Shown here piece after piece: positions 48,288 to 57,935 of a stretch of 64,000 nt of DNA (the first letter of the stretch is position 1; every line of letters starts with the position of its first letter). This DNA is from Candidatus Thorarchaeota archaeon (GTDB lineage Archaea > Asgardarchaeota > Thorarchaeia > Thorarchaeales > Thorarchaeaceae): contig PRDH01000047.1 in assembly GCA_003345545.1 (NCBI GenBank), positions 4,692 to 68,691 on the forward strand, read 5' to 3'. The position numbers were made by a program, and so were the translations under genes. Under the pieces are notes generated by a model, which was not told the DNA's origin, did no database searches, and saw nothing but the letters and a program-made list of their open reading frames with translations.

Positions 48288-49373
48288 ATGGCCAAGGGTG
48301 ATCCACTACTCATAGTTCAAAACCTGAGGGCTTATTATCCATCAAAAAAGGGACTTGTCCGCGCTGTTGATGATGTCTCATTCATTGTACGTGAGGGTGA
48401 GTGCGTTGGTCTCCTTGGAGAGAGCGGGTCAGGCAAGAGTAGCATGGCCCTCGCTATTCTGGGGCTTTTTGAGAAGGTCGCACGGTTTGCTGCAGGCGCA
48501 TCAAATGACCCTGAACTAAAACAGGCTTTTGACCGAGGAACCTCTGGAAGTAACGAGAGACCCGGTCTTAGGGGGAGGGTTGTTTTCAGAGATAGGGAAT
48601 TGACAGGCTTGCCTCAAGAGGAACTCGTCAAAATCAGGGGAAAAGAACTGAGCCTGATACCTCAGGGTCTCGGACATGCTCTGAATCCGCAACATAGTAT
48701 AGGGCACCAGACTGCAGAACCTATTGAAGTCCATGAGGATGAGGTGCGGCTTCTTGAATTGAAGAAGAAAGTTCTCGAATACCTCGGTATCGTTCAATTG
48801 GCAGATGCAGGCCTTAGGTATGTGATGGATCCTGGTTGTTTTTCCGGGGGCGAGAGTCAACGCATTCTCATCGCCATGGCGCTCATAGCGGGACCATACA
48901 TGGTCATTGCGGACGAACCAACCTCAGCTTTGGATGTGACCATGCAACGTCAGATCATGAACGTTCTCAGAATGATTAAGGAGGAGTTCGATGTATCCCT
49001 TCTCTTGATAAGCCATGACGCTGGTGTGATTGCTGAGTTGGCAGATCGAGTTGCTGTAATGTATGCAGGCAAGATAGTCGAATCAGGACCCGCGGTTCAG
49101 ATATTTCACAATCCTCAACATCCTTACACAATGGGCTTAATGACCTCATTTCCAACAATCGCAATGATGCAGATGAAAGCGGGAAAGAAACCAAGACTGC
49201 GAGGCATCCCGGGAGACCCTCCAGACCTCGCCAATATTCCCTCGGGTTGCCCTTTTCATCCGAGATGTAGGTATGTCATCGATATCTGTAGAGAAATCAT
49301 TCCAGAAGACAGAGAAGTAGAGCCAGATCACCACATACGGTGTCACCGCTGGGGCGAGATATCTGACGAATAA
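48288..49373 (+). CDS. Orphan OppD-like ABC ATPase (canonical motifs)
   Basis: 361 aa. Motifs: Walker A GESGSGKSS, signature FSGGESQR, Walker B VIADEPTSALD, H-loop ISHDAGV, C-terminal tail CPFHPRC...C...CH. Confidence 0.85.
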   Translation: MAKGDPLLIVQNLRAYYPSKKGLVRAVDDVSFIVREGECVGLLGESGSGKSSMALAILGLFEKVARFAAGASNDPELKQAFDRGTSGSNERPGLRGRVVFRDRELTGLPQEELVKIRGKELSLIPQGLGHALNPQHSIGHQTAEPIEVHEDEVRLLELKKKVLEYLGIVQLADAGLRYVMDPGCFSGGESQRILIAMALIAGPYMVIADEPTSALDVTMQRQIMNVLRMIKEEFDVSLLLISHDAGVIAELADRVAVMYAGKIVESGPAVQIFHNPQHPYTMGLMTSFPTIAMMQMKAGKKPRLRGIPGDPPDLANIPSGCPFHPRCRYVIDICREIIPEDREVEPDHHIRCHRWGEISDE

Positions 49374-49618
49374 GGTGTGAGCGCCAAGAGGCGCCCACGT
49401 GAGCTAACCATTCCCAAGTCTTGACCCTCTGGGCCGTGATTCTCTCTCTAGAAATCACGCAATACATCCCATCAGTTGTGATTGGTTTCTCCCGGCTCGA
49501 CAACCTTGTCCGTGTGCGGTTCTCATATATACGCCTTGCTTAAGAGCTCCATTTGAGCAAAGACAGGCATACAAGTCATCTGCAGGCTGAGAGAGAATTT
49601 TCAGGAGGGGCACCTATT

Positions 49619-50659
49619 CTACTGCTTGCCCATTGTCAGAGCCAACACTGCCTTCTGAACATGAAGTCGATTCTCTGCGACATCATATACGATGGATCGT
49701 GGACCATCACAGACCTCATCAGTCACCTCTGCATTTCGATCCACGGGGCCGCAATGAGTGAAGAACGCATCATTTGTCTTGGCCATCCAGTCTTTGGTTG
49801 TAATCCAATCATCGTACTTAGCTGCAAGTTCAATCTCTTTCTTCTTGGCTTCAGCTTCTCCGCGCTTCGCCATATCATCATAGAAGTTCGATGTCATCCA
49901 ATTTCGGGAGTATACAATGTTAGCGCCGTTGTAACCCTCCTCTAGGTCATGAACAATCTCGAAGTTGCTTCCTGAGGCAGCTGCGTTCTCCTCGCACATC
50001 TTGATGACTTCAGGGTCAAGATCATATCCCTGAGGATATGCTAGCGTCACATCCATGCCGAGTCTCGAATTGAGCAGAATGCTCTCTTGGACACTGCACC
50101 AAGAACGCACAAGAGCTCCCTTCCCCCAGACTTGGAGAATCTTCTTGCCTTTGAGTCGCTTGCCAATATGCTGCCTATATCCCATGACATCAGCTAGACC
50201 TTGGAATGGGTGATACTTATCATGGGCCATGCTGACAATCGGTATGCTTGCGTGCGTGGCATACTGCCTGAGCAGCTCTTCGCCCTGACCGTAGTAATCG
50301 ATGGCAGTTTCCAGAATTCTGATGCCCATACCGACTGCATACCGGCTCATAACTTGGGCCGCATCTTCGACTGTCTCACCGGCCGACTTTGACGACTTCA
50401 GGCGCATCGACTTTGGTTCGAGGAATTGAGCATGTCCCCCGAGCTCTGTTGCAGCGGCTTCAAAGGACTGCCTTGTTCTCACCGATGGATTGTAAAAGAA
50501 CATGAAGAAAGTACGCCTATCAAGACAATTGTTCAATGGATGATCATAGCGGTTTGCCTTGAACTCAAACGCAAGGGACAGAGCTTTCTCTATCTCCTTG
50601 ACACTCCAATCTTGTGTCGTAATCAGGTCTCTTCCATATAGGTCGCTCATCGTGCTCAC
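49619..50659 (-). CDS. Aspartate/ornithine carbamoyltransferase-family enzyme with variant motifs (possibly acyl-ornithine type)
   Basis: 346 aa. The carbamoyl-phosphate motif is variant (NPSVRTRQSFE instead of STRTR). It has HPFQGLAD (HPxQ) and THCGP (HCLP-like). Confidence 0.75.
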   Translation of the reverse strand: MSTMSDLYGRDLITTQDWSVKEIEKALSLAFEFKANRYDHPLNNCLDRRTFFMFFYNPSVRTRQSFEAAATELGGHAQFLEPKSMRLKSSKSAGETVEDAAQVMSRYAVGMGIRILETAIDYYGQGEELLRQYATHASIPIVSMAHDKYHPFQGLADVMGYRQHIGKRLKGKKILQVWGKGALVRSWCSVQESILLNSRLGMDVTLAYPQGYDLDPEVIKMCEENAAASGSNFEIVHDLEEGYNGANIVYSRNWMTSNFYDDMAKRGEAEAKKKEIELAAKYDDWITTKDWMAKTNDAFFTHCGPVDRNAEVTDEVCDGPRSIVYDVAENRLHVQKAVLALTMGKQ

Positions 50660-50824
50660 CGCTACAATCGAAGCTGCATTTGGGTTTTAGGTCTATCGTA
50701 TTATTCCTCGGTTTCTTTCCTTCTACGACAAGCCCTTTCTCAATCGCCACAGCACGCCTTCGGAGCAGGAAATTGTGCGCAAAAGAAACGCTTTTCAAAG
50801 CATTAAGTTCCACGCATCTCTGCC

Positions 50825-51658
50825 ATGAGGAGCACGTATCCTGCCAAAGCATATGCGGAGGTTATTGACAAACACAACCTGGCCTTGGACTTGTCCCCGG
50901 AGCAGTCTGCAGCCATAGCTGAAGGGAGAGAAATCAGTCTATCGGAAAAACAGATTGAGAGTATAACTGACCAATTGACTGCTCAAGCTGGGATAGACTC
51001 ATTTCTCAATGCAACCTGCAAAGAACTGCTACCATTCTCGTCTTCCCTTTTTGTCATTAATGACCGTCTTTGGAAGATGATGGATAGGAAAATCTGGGAT
51101 TGTAGGAAGATGCTCGCAATGACCACAATCCCCTTGTGCACTTGGGACCATGATTGTGAAACAACACGCAATCCGAAGGGAGCAAGAAGATGGCCAATTA
51201 AATCCAATAGCATGGACATCGACTTGGGGCCCAAACCTGTACTGAAGATTCAAGGAGAGGGAGGGGATTTCTCAGGATTCATTGAGCAGAGTCATTTGAC
51301 TGCGAGAAAGTGGGGAATTCCTGACACGAGAAGGCTCTTGCCGAACTATGTTTTCGAGTCACTCCGAATTGAAGCGAACTTGGATCGAGCAGTTCTGGAA
51401 ATCCATCCAAGCCCAAGAGACGAGCTTGATTATGACTTCTCAGATAATGCGAGAGTCTTCTTTGAGCACGGTTTCTTGGTTCATGTTCCTGGAGAAGATG
51501 TTACTCTTCAGGTTGGCAAAAGGAAGCCAACACAAATGGCAGGCGATGTGCTGCTACTTGTCGGAAAACGTTTTGATGGGGATGATGATTCGAACCTAGA
51601 ACTTCTTGTAGATATTTGGCTGAAGGCTTTTGAAAAGAGAATGGCATCGGTGAAATAA
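50825..51658 (+). CDS. Hypothetical soluble protein
   Basis: 277-aa ORF with no recognisable motif. It ends 3 nt before the next co-oriented ORF. Confidence 0.45.
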   Translation: MRSTYPAKAYAEVIDKHNLALDLSPEQSAAIAEGREISLSEKQIESITDQLTAQAGIDSFLNATCKELLPFSSSLFVINDRLWKMMDRKIWDCRKMLAMTTIPLCTWDHDCETTRNPKGARRWPIKSNSMDIDLGPKPVLKIQGEGGDFSGFIEQSHLTARKWGIPDTRRLLPNYVFESLRIEANLDRAVLEIHPSPRDELDYDFSDNARVFFEHGFLVHVPGEDVTLQVGKRKPTQMAGDVLLLVGKRFDGDDDSNLELLVDIWLKAFEKRMASVK

Positions 51659-51661
51659 GAG

Positions 51662-52429
51662 ATGTTCATGATAGGTGGGTTGTTGGTACTGGGACTCCTT
51701 TCGCTGGGCGCAGCCCTCCATTGGTTCAGAAAGGTCCATCAGCTCGATCGCTTCCTTGCACCCCTTGCAGAAAGCATAGGGGAACCAGACATCTCGGGAA
51801 AGACGAAATACACGGACTGCGGCTCTCATCAGTGGCTGATTAAAAATGTCATTCACGGAGATTACCTGAAGTCTGCTGAGGGTTTCAGGAACTTCATGAT
51901 GAATCGAACTCTCACTGGTACTCTAGTATTGGGCATGGTTCTCGGCCTCATCCCTGTGATTGCCGTATACCTCCTCTTTCAGAGCTACCAGCTCATTGGC
52001 ACTTCGCTCATTCTAGTCGTTCTCTCTGTGTTCATTGTCCTAGGACCTGGCGACCTTGAGGTCTCAGAGCAATTGGTTCAGTGGCAAACTGAACAGGAAT
52101 ACAGTGCTCTAGACATGGGTGACCTTGCCTATGCAAGAATATCCCAAAAGGCCATGAAGAACTGGATTATGAAACTGTCAGTAATAGGTGTCATTTGCTT
52201 CATTCTTTCTCCCTGGGGAGAGTCAATAATGCCTGTGCTCGCCTTCGTATTCACCGTGTTCGTCGGATTCGTCTACGCAAACATCTTTCTCCCGGTCTCA
52301 ATGTACTCGATGCCACTTGCCCTAATGATCTTCTTCACTATCATACCCCTTGTCCTCTCGATGATTATCGTCGGAGTAAGGGTGGCACGGAAGAAGGCGC
52401 AGACCGACTCGGATGAGCTCAAGGTTTAG
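51662..52429 (+). CDS. Hypothetical polytopic membrane protein
   Basis: 255 aa with about 6 hydrophobic segments. It is tightly coupled to the upstream ORF. Confidence 0.5.
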   Translation: MFMIGGLLVLGLLSLGAALHWFRKVHQLDRFLAPLAESIGEPDISGKTKYTDCGSHQWLIKNVIHGDYLKSAEGFRNFMMNRTLTGTLVLGMVLGLIPVIAVYLLFQSYQLIGTSLILVVLSVFIVLGPGDLEVSEQLVQWQTEQEYSALDMGDLAYARISQKAMKNWIMKLSVIGVICFILSPWGESIMPVLAFVFTVFVGFVYANIFLPVSMYSMPLALMIFFTIIPLVLSMIIVGVRVARKKAQTDSDELKV

Positions 52430-52764
52430 AAGAGAGATAGAAACGAAGCAAGAGCTACGATAGCAGCATATAGAAACAGAATGAGGGCAGTCAACAGCAT
52501 CTGCCTTCCGATGAGAGCCATTTTCCATGCCGTCGTAACATTGCCATCTTCAGTGTATCTGCCCTTATTCTCAAGGGGTTGCCTAGACATCATACATCCT
52601 CCCACAATCAGAAGAAGGCCTAATTCGAGAAACGCTCCTCCTCCTGCAACAGTCGAAGCCAATACAGGCGGTGCAAAGGTTGCAGCGGCAAACCCTACAG
52701 CGAAATTCAATGCCATCAAGGCCGTGGCAAAGAGCAAGCCACGCTCGAGGTCCCTGTCTAGCAT
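52426..52764 (-). CDS. Small hypothetical membrane protein
   Basis: 112 aa with 3-4 hydrophobic segments. It lies downstream of, and co-oriented with, the second Opp-type operon. Confidence 0.4.
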   Translation of the reverse strand: MLDRDLERGLLFATALMALNFAVGFAAATFAPPVLASTVAGGGAFLELGLLLIVGGCMMSRQPLENKGRYTEDGNVTTAWKMALIGRQMLLTALILFLYAAIVALASFLSLF

Positions 52765-52777
52765 ATCATTAGCTCCA

Positions 52778-52996
52778 TCATAGAAATGTGCCGACCAGTA
52801 GACCGATTACGATGAGAAAAACTGCAAGTATAACAAGAGGAAGGAAGATGGTCTGAAGCGATGCAATGAATAATGCGATTATGTCCTTTCCCTCAAGATT
52901 CGTCGTTGCTTGGTCATGATCACCATAGACAGACCAATCGAATTCATTGCTTTTCTCCTCGTGCTCCCTCGAATCTACGTCATCATCAAACGACAA
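52778..52996 (-). CDS. Small hypothetical protein with an acidic N-terminus and one TM
   Basis: 72 aa. The N-terminus is D/E-rich, followed by one long hydrophobic segment. It lies between oppF-2 and the 112-aa ORF on the same strand. Confidence 0.35.
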   Translation of the reverse strand: MSFDDDVDSREHEEKSNEFDWSVYGDHDQATTNLEGKDIIALFIASLQTIFLPLVILAVFLIVIGLLVGTFL

Positions 52997-53079
52997 TTCA
53001 TTTCCTCTCCTTTAGGATGAATGGTGGGAACGCAGCCATATAGACATTGTCAGGCTTCGCTCTCACACGCTTCAACATA

Positions 53080-54132
53080 TCATGCCTCTGCAGCAGCATT
53101 AGATTCCACATTCAGGCCTTCCTTGTATCTGAGGTCGAGCTCTCCAGCATAGTGACAGGCTACCATATGCCCATTGCCCATGTCACGCAGCTCAGGAATC
53201 TCTTCACTGCAGCGCTCAGTAGCAAATCTGCATCTCGGATGGAAGCGGCAACCACTTGGGGGATTGATTGGACTTGGCACTTCTCCAGCAAGAATCTCGG
53301 CGCGCCCCCTCAGAGACGGGTCCGGGACGGGCACTGCAGAAACAAGAGCTGCAGAGTACGGATGCATAGCATCTTCGAAGATATCAGTAGGAGTGAGTTC
53401 AACAATCTTGCCCAAGTACATCACTGCAACTCTGTCAGACATGTGTTTCACAACACTGAGGTTATGACTGATGAAGAGGTATGTGAGGTCGAACTCCTGC
53501 TGCAGATCCTTCATAAGATTAAGGGTCTGAGCCTGAACAGACACGTCTGTGCTTGATGTTGGCTCGTCCATAACAACGAATTTCGGTCGCAACGCAAGCG
53601 CTCTTGCGATACATACTCTCTGTCTTTGACCACCCGAGAACTCATGAGGGAATCTATTTAGATGGTCTTCACTAAGACCAACCTTCTCTAGCAACTCGAG
53701 CACCATGTTTCGCAAACGGTGACCACGGGCGATTCCGTTTACCAGAAGAGGCTCGCCAACTGCGTTCTTGATCGTCAAGCGGGGGTCAAGTGATGCCATT
53801 GGGTCTTGAAAGATGATACTCATGTTTCGACGAAGTCTGTGAAGGTCTCCTCGAGACATCTTATTGATGTCCTCGCCTTCAAAGAAAATCTCGCCGGCAG
53901 TTGCAGGGACAAGCCTAAGAATGGTGCGTCCCGCTGTAGTCTTGCCACAGCCCGACTCGCCTACCAATCCAAGAGTTTCACCCTTGTAGATGTCAAAAGA
54001 GATATCATCGACTGCTCGTACATAGCCAACTACCTTTCTGAATACTCCTCCACTTAGCGGGTAGTACTTCTTGAGATTCTTGACTTCTATCAGTATATTT
54101 GCGCTTGCCATTGAATCACTTCCTCCCAGCAA
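53080..54132 (-). CDS. Opp/Dpp-type ABC ATPase (OppF-like), operon 2
   Basis: Motifs: Walker [10 protein letters not shown], signature FSGGQRQR, Walker [14 protein letters not shown]-loop ISHNLSV, tail CRFHPRCRF. The likely start is the ATG at 54111, after GGGAGGAAG and 4 nt past the upstream stop. Confidence 0.9.
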   Translation of the reverse strand: MLGGSDSMASANILIEVKNLKKYYPLSGGVFRKVVGYVRAVDDISFDIYKGETLGLVGESGCGKTTAGRTILRLVPATAGEIFFEGEDINKMSRGDLHRLRRNMSIIFQDPMASLDPRLTIKNAVGEPLLVNGIARGHRLRNMVLELLEKVGLSEDHLNRFPHEFSGGQRQRVCIARALALRPKFVVMDEPTSSTDVSVQAQTLNLMKDLQQEFDLTYLFISHNLSVVKHMSDRVAVMYLGKIVELTPTDIFEDAMHPYSAALVSAVPVPDPSLRGRAEILAGEVPSPINPPSGCRFHPRCRFATERCSEEIPELRDMGNGHMVACHYAGELDLRYKEGLNVESNAAAEA

Positions 54133-55330
54133 GTGAGCCTTGGGGATGCCAGCATTCCACCCAGTGCCCAGGCTTCATTTCCTCTCTTGGAGGTCGTTCG
54201 TTACTGCATTGCTCTGTCGCAAACTCACAGCGAGGGTGAAATCTGCAGCCTGTCGGCGGATTGATTAAGTTGGGGACTGTACCCATAATCTGCGTCAGTT
54301 TGGCAACCTTCTCGGTTAGCTTCGGAATGGCACGAAGAAGCCCAGATGTATAGGGATGAATGGGGTCCGAAAAAAGCTCCCTCGTATTCGTGTATTCTAC
54401 CACAACCCCTGCGTACATCACTGCAACCTGAGTACAGGTTTCAGCGACCACACCGAGGTCGTGAGTGATGATAATGATGGAAGCATCCAATACGGCCTTG
54501 AGATCGTTCAGGAGTTTGAGTACCTGTGCTTGAACAGTGACGTCCAGAGCAGTCGTAGCTTCATCGGCTATCAGAATCTTTGGGTTGCAGGAGAGAGACA
54601 TTGCAATAAGGGCTCTCTGTCGCATTCCTCCAGATAGTTCGTGCGGATACTGATTGGCTATCTCTGCTGCAGAAGGCATTCGTACCATATTGAGCATTTC
54701 TACAGCCTTCCGCTTTGCAGCTTTCTTGATTTCAGCATCAGTTGGTTTCGGAGGATTGGAAAGTTGTCCTCGCAGCTCCGCAAGACGTGAAGATATTTGA
54801 TCAGCGGTTCTTCCTTCTGCCAATTTCAAAGCGTCTTCCATTGCTGCAATCTTCTCCTCAAGTATATCGAGTGATAGATCCTGATGTAGCCTAATTACTT
54901 CAGCAATTTGATCGCCGATTCTGAACACAGGATTCGGATAGGTTGCTGGATCTTGGAAAACAATCGAGATGTGATTGCCCCGGATCTTCCGCATCTCATC
55001 CTCTGAAATCTTCAGAAGGTCTTTGACAACACGTGTGCCATCTTTTTCCTCATCCATGAAGAGAATCTCGCCAGCCTCGACTCTCCCAGGAGAATCCACG
55101 AGCCGCATGATGGACTTTGCTGTCACGCTCTTGCCACACCCAGTCTCACCAACTAGCGCAAGAGTGTCACCTCGCCTCAGCTGAACTGTGACACCATCAA
55201 GCGCCTTGACGACACCCTCGTACGTGTAGAAGTTCGTTTTCAGTTCCCTTATGTCAAGGATCAGGTTGGGATCCATCTCAAGCTCGGGCTCTGAGTTACT
55301 ATCAGTATGCGACGTTTCATCTAAAGCCAT
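54116..55330 (-). CDS. Opp/Dpp-type ABC ATPase (OppD-like) with a helical insertion, operon 2
   Basis: 404 aa. Motifs: Walker A GETGCGKSV, signature LSGGMRQR, Walker B ILIADEATTALD, H-loop ITHDLGV, tail CRFHPRCEF. Confidence 0.9.
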   Translation of the reverse strand: MALDETSHTDSNSEPELEMDPNLILDIRELKTNFYTYEGVVKALDGVTVQLRRGDTLALVGETGCGKSVTAKSIMRLVDSPGRVEAGEILFMDEEKDGTRVVKDLLKISEDEMRKIRGNHISIVFQDPATYPNPVFRIGDQIAEVIRLHQDLSLDILEEKIAAMEDALKLAEGRTADQISSRLAELRGQLSNPPKPTDAEIKKAAKRKAVEMLNMVRMPSAAEIANQYPHELSGGMRQRALIAMSLSCNPKILIADEATTALDVTVQAQVLKLLNDLKAVLDASIIIITHDLGVVAETCTQVAVMYAGVVVEYTNTRELFSDPIHPYTSGLLRAIPKLTEKVAKLTQIMGTVPNLINPPTGCRFHPRCEFATEQCSNERPPREEMKPGHWVECWHPQGSLAGRK

Positions 55331-55333
55331 GGT

Positions 55334-56677
55334 CTAGCGCCTCCTCAGTTTGGGATCCAATATGTCTCGCACTCCATCACCTACAAGGTTGAACGAGAGC
55401 GCGCAGAGAAGAATCGCCATTCCTGGATAGAATGTCACCCAGTAGTTCATGAAGTGTTGCTGTCCCTGAGATATCATCAAGCCCCATTCCGCTGTCCCTG
55501 CCTCTGCACCAAACCCGATGAAACTCAGACCAGCTGCAGTGAGGAGTACACCACCCATGTCAAGTGTCGCCTGAACAATGACCGGTTGAATTGTGTTCGG
55601 GAGAATGTGGAAAACAAGTATTCTCACATCAGAGGCACCGACAGAACGTGCAGCTTCAACGTAGAGCTTCTCACGCTCAATCAGCACCTGTCCTCTGACC
55701 AATCTAGCATATGTCGGCCACCACACTACCATCAGAGCTATGCTGATGTTGTCAAGGTTCTTCTCACCGAGCGCTGCAACAATTGCCATCGCCAGTATAA
55801 GACCTGGGAAGGCAAAGAAGACATCAGTGATTCTCATGACTACCTCATCAACGGCACCGCCAAAGTAGCCAGCAGCCGCGCCAATAAACGAACCCAAGAC
55901 AAGAGCAATTGCCACGACTGCAATTGCAATCTTTAGATCGATTTGAGTGGCCCAAATGACCATGCTATAGATATCACCGCCATTTTGGTCAGTTCCCCAG
56001 ATATGTGTTCCCCCGGGAGGCCGCATTGTTTCATACCAATTCCGCTCTGTCGGTCCATAGGGTGTGATGTAGGGAGCAAAGACTGCAAGAAGGATATACA
56101 CGGCAATAATGAGGATGCCAGCAATGACAAGAGGGCTCCTTCGAATGAGATGGAGCATATACCTCGATTCCTTGGCTCTTGGACCCATATCTTCCTTGAA
56201 GAGGTCCCACCAGTACTTCTTGATGGCAGGAACAAATAACAATGCAATTGCTAGAAGATTGAACAGAATTGCTAGAATAAAGACAGCGCCAGCAAGCAGT
56301 ATCATTAGGCCCATAAGTAGGTTTCCATAGATTACCCATGAGAAGGCATAGGTTTCGAGTTTTCGCAAATCCAGTCCGACACGAATAAGAAGAAAGCCAA
56401 TCACGATCGTCGGTATTGCTATAGTGAAGAATGATCCCAGCACTCCGACCAAGGGAATGTCCCCTCCGTCGAAGAGATGATAGGCGTTGATGAACACCAT
56501 AGAACCCGTTATCATGCCAATGATGGCAACGACAATCTGAAAGCCAGAGAATGCTGTGATCGATGATGGTGCCTCTTCGGTCTGTAAATCCCCTGTGATT
56601 GCAGCACTCCATGTGTCTTCTTGTGTCATTGTTCTCTCTCTCCTATCCATATCTAATTCTCGGATCCAGTGTTCCAT
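55334..56677 (-). CDS. Opp/Dpp-type ABC permease (OppC-like) with an N-terminal multi-TM extension, operon 2
   Basis: 447 aa. The C-terminal part has the OppC pattern (IWGTDQNGGDIYSMV, AARSVGASD, ILDPKLR). The likely start is the ATG at 56629, which avoids the 35-nt overlap with the upstream gene. Confidence 0.85.
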   Translation of the reverse strand: MEHWIRELDMDRRERTMTQEDTWSAAITGDLQTEEAPSSITAFSGFQIVVAIIGMITGSMVFINAYHLFDGGDIPLVGVLGSFFTIAIPTIVIGFLLIRVGLDLRKLETYAFSWVIYGNLLMGLMILLAGAVFILAILFNLLAIALLFVPAIKKYWWDLFKEDMGPRAKESRYMLHLIRRSPLVIAGILIIAVYILLAVFAPYITPYGPTERNWYETMRPPGGTHIWGTDQNGGDIYSMVIWATQIDLKIAIAVVAIALVLGSFIGAAAGYFGGAVDEVVMRITDVFFAFPGLILAMAIVAALGEKNLDNISIALMVVWWPTYARLVRGQVLIEREKLYVEAARSVGASDVRILVFHILPNTIQPVIVQATLDMGGVLLTAAGLSFIGFGAEAGTAEWGLMISQGQQHFMNYWVTFYPGMAILLCALSFNLVGDGVRDILDPKLRRR

Positions 56678-57668
56678 AGATCAGGTCGACTACTAGATTT
56701 GCCGCAACAAAGATGAAAGCTACGAGCAGCGTGAATGCATTGATGCTCGGAATATCTGACTGCAGAATCGCACGTACGGACCATCGACCTAGACCGGGCC
56801 AGCTAAAGATGGTCTCAGTAAGGACTGCTCCTGTCATCAACCCACCAAATGCCAGACCAATGACTGTTACAGTTGGTATCATAGCATTTCTCAGGGCATG
56901 CTTATAGATGACCACTCTGTCTCGAAGACCCTTTGAGCGTGCGAGTGTTATGTAGTCTTCTTTGAGTACCTCCAACATGCTAGAACGCATCATCCTAGTG
57001 ATGATAGCCAATGTAAGATAGCCCAAAGCGAAACCGGGCAGTATGAGATGGATTGCTGTATCAAAGAACAAGACAGGATTAAGAGTCAGAATAGAATCCA
57101 ACAGCATGAAGTTGGTAATAGGAGTGTAGGAAACATACTCGTATGAATATCGACCTCCTTCCGGAAGGAAGGGTAGACCCCAGACGTAGAACTGATAGAA
57201 GAAGAGATACTTCAGAATCAATGCAAACCAAAAGATGGGCATAGACACTCCTGCAAGGGCGACCACACGAGTAACATGGTCGGGCACTCTGTCCTTCTTG
57301 GTTGCGGACAGGATGCCAAGTGGAATACCGGCTATAACTGCGAAAACCAGCGCGACCATAGCGAGCTCAATGGTCGCTGGGAATCTCTGGGCAATTGTCG
57401 CTGTTACGTCCATCCTTGCTGATCGGGAATATCCCCAATTACCCATCATCAAATCTCTCAGATAGAAGAAGAATTGAATATAGAGAGGTTGATTCAGGCC
57501 GTGCTCAGCCCTGATTCCAGGAATAGCCTCAATGGGTGTTCTTTCAGTCGTATATAGTGTAATCGGATCTCCGACCATATATGAAAGAACAAAAGTAATT
57601 GCGAGAACCCCGATCACTACAGGAATTGCGAGCAAGAGTCGCCGTATTATATAATCTCTAAGTTTCAT
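56643..57668 (-). CDS. Opp/Dpp-type ABC permease (OppB-like), operon 2
   Basis: 341 aa. It has the N-terminal DYIIRRLLLAIPVV, the EAA region (YITLARSKGLRDRV) and the C-terminal YGTLDPRIRYG. Confidence 0.85.
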   Translation of the reverse strand: MKLRDYIIRRLLLAIPVVIGVLAITFVLSYMVGDPITLYTTERTPIEAIPGIRAEHGLNQPLYIQFFFYLRDLMMGNWGYSRSARMDVTATIAQRFPATIELAMVALVFAVIAGIPLGILSATKKDRVPDHVTRVVALAGVSMPIFWFALILKYLFFYQFYVWGLPFLPEGGRYSYEYVSYTPITNFMLLDSILTLNPVLFFDTAIHLILPGFALGYLTLAIITRMMRSSMLEVLKEDYITLARSKGLRDRVVIYKHALRNAMIPTVTVIGLAFGGLMTGAVLTETIFSWPGLGRWSVRAILQSDIPSINAFTLLVAFIFVAANLVVDLIYGTLDPRIRYG

Positions 57669-57897
57669 GGTGAAACTAGCACCCGCGGTACACGAGTCAG
57701 TATGCCATTCTGCTATTGCATTGAAGAGGGCGAACCTTTTGTGCGTTATTTAAGGCTATGGTTCTCGGAATAAACCGTAACCTCATTTACGTAGGATATT
57801 CCGCCTAATAACTGGGTATTGATGTGCGCAATAACCATCCAAAAAATGGAGAGTTCCGATTGAATGACATGACTCTTCGCTAAAAAAGATGGAGAAA

Positions 57898-57916
57898 CCC
57901 TGCACTGTGGGCAGGG
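57898..57916 (-). terminator. Hairpin followed by a T-run downstream of rubrerythrin
   Basis: CCCTGC (57898-57903) pairs with GCAGGG (57911-57916). On the minus strand the hairpin is followed by TTTCTCCATCTTTTTT, about 20 nt after the rubrerythrin stop. Confidence 0.4.
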
Positions 57917-57935
57917 TCCTAATCAAAGATGTTGC

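Noticed and set aside
49377-49398. GC-rich hairpin GTGAGCGCC-aaga-GGCGCCCAC just after the second orphan ABC ATPase
   Set aside because: It has one mismatch in the stem and no following T-tract, so it is not convincing as a terminator. I noted it but did not call it.
56031-56612. 193-aa alternative-frame ORF inside oppC-2. The same applies to similar internal or antisense ORFs at 25505-25984, 46446-46946, 53047-53556, 31012-31527 and 4024-4506.
   Set aside because: Each overlaps a gene with clear family motifs and has a Cys/Arg/Ser-rich composition that looks non-protein-like.
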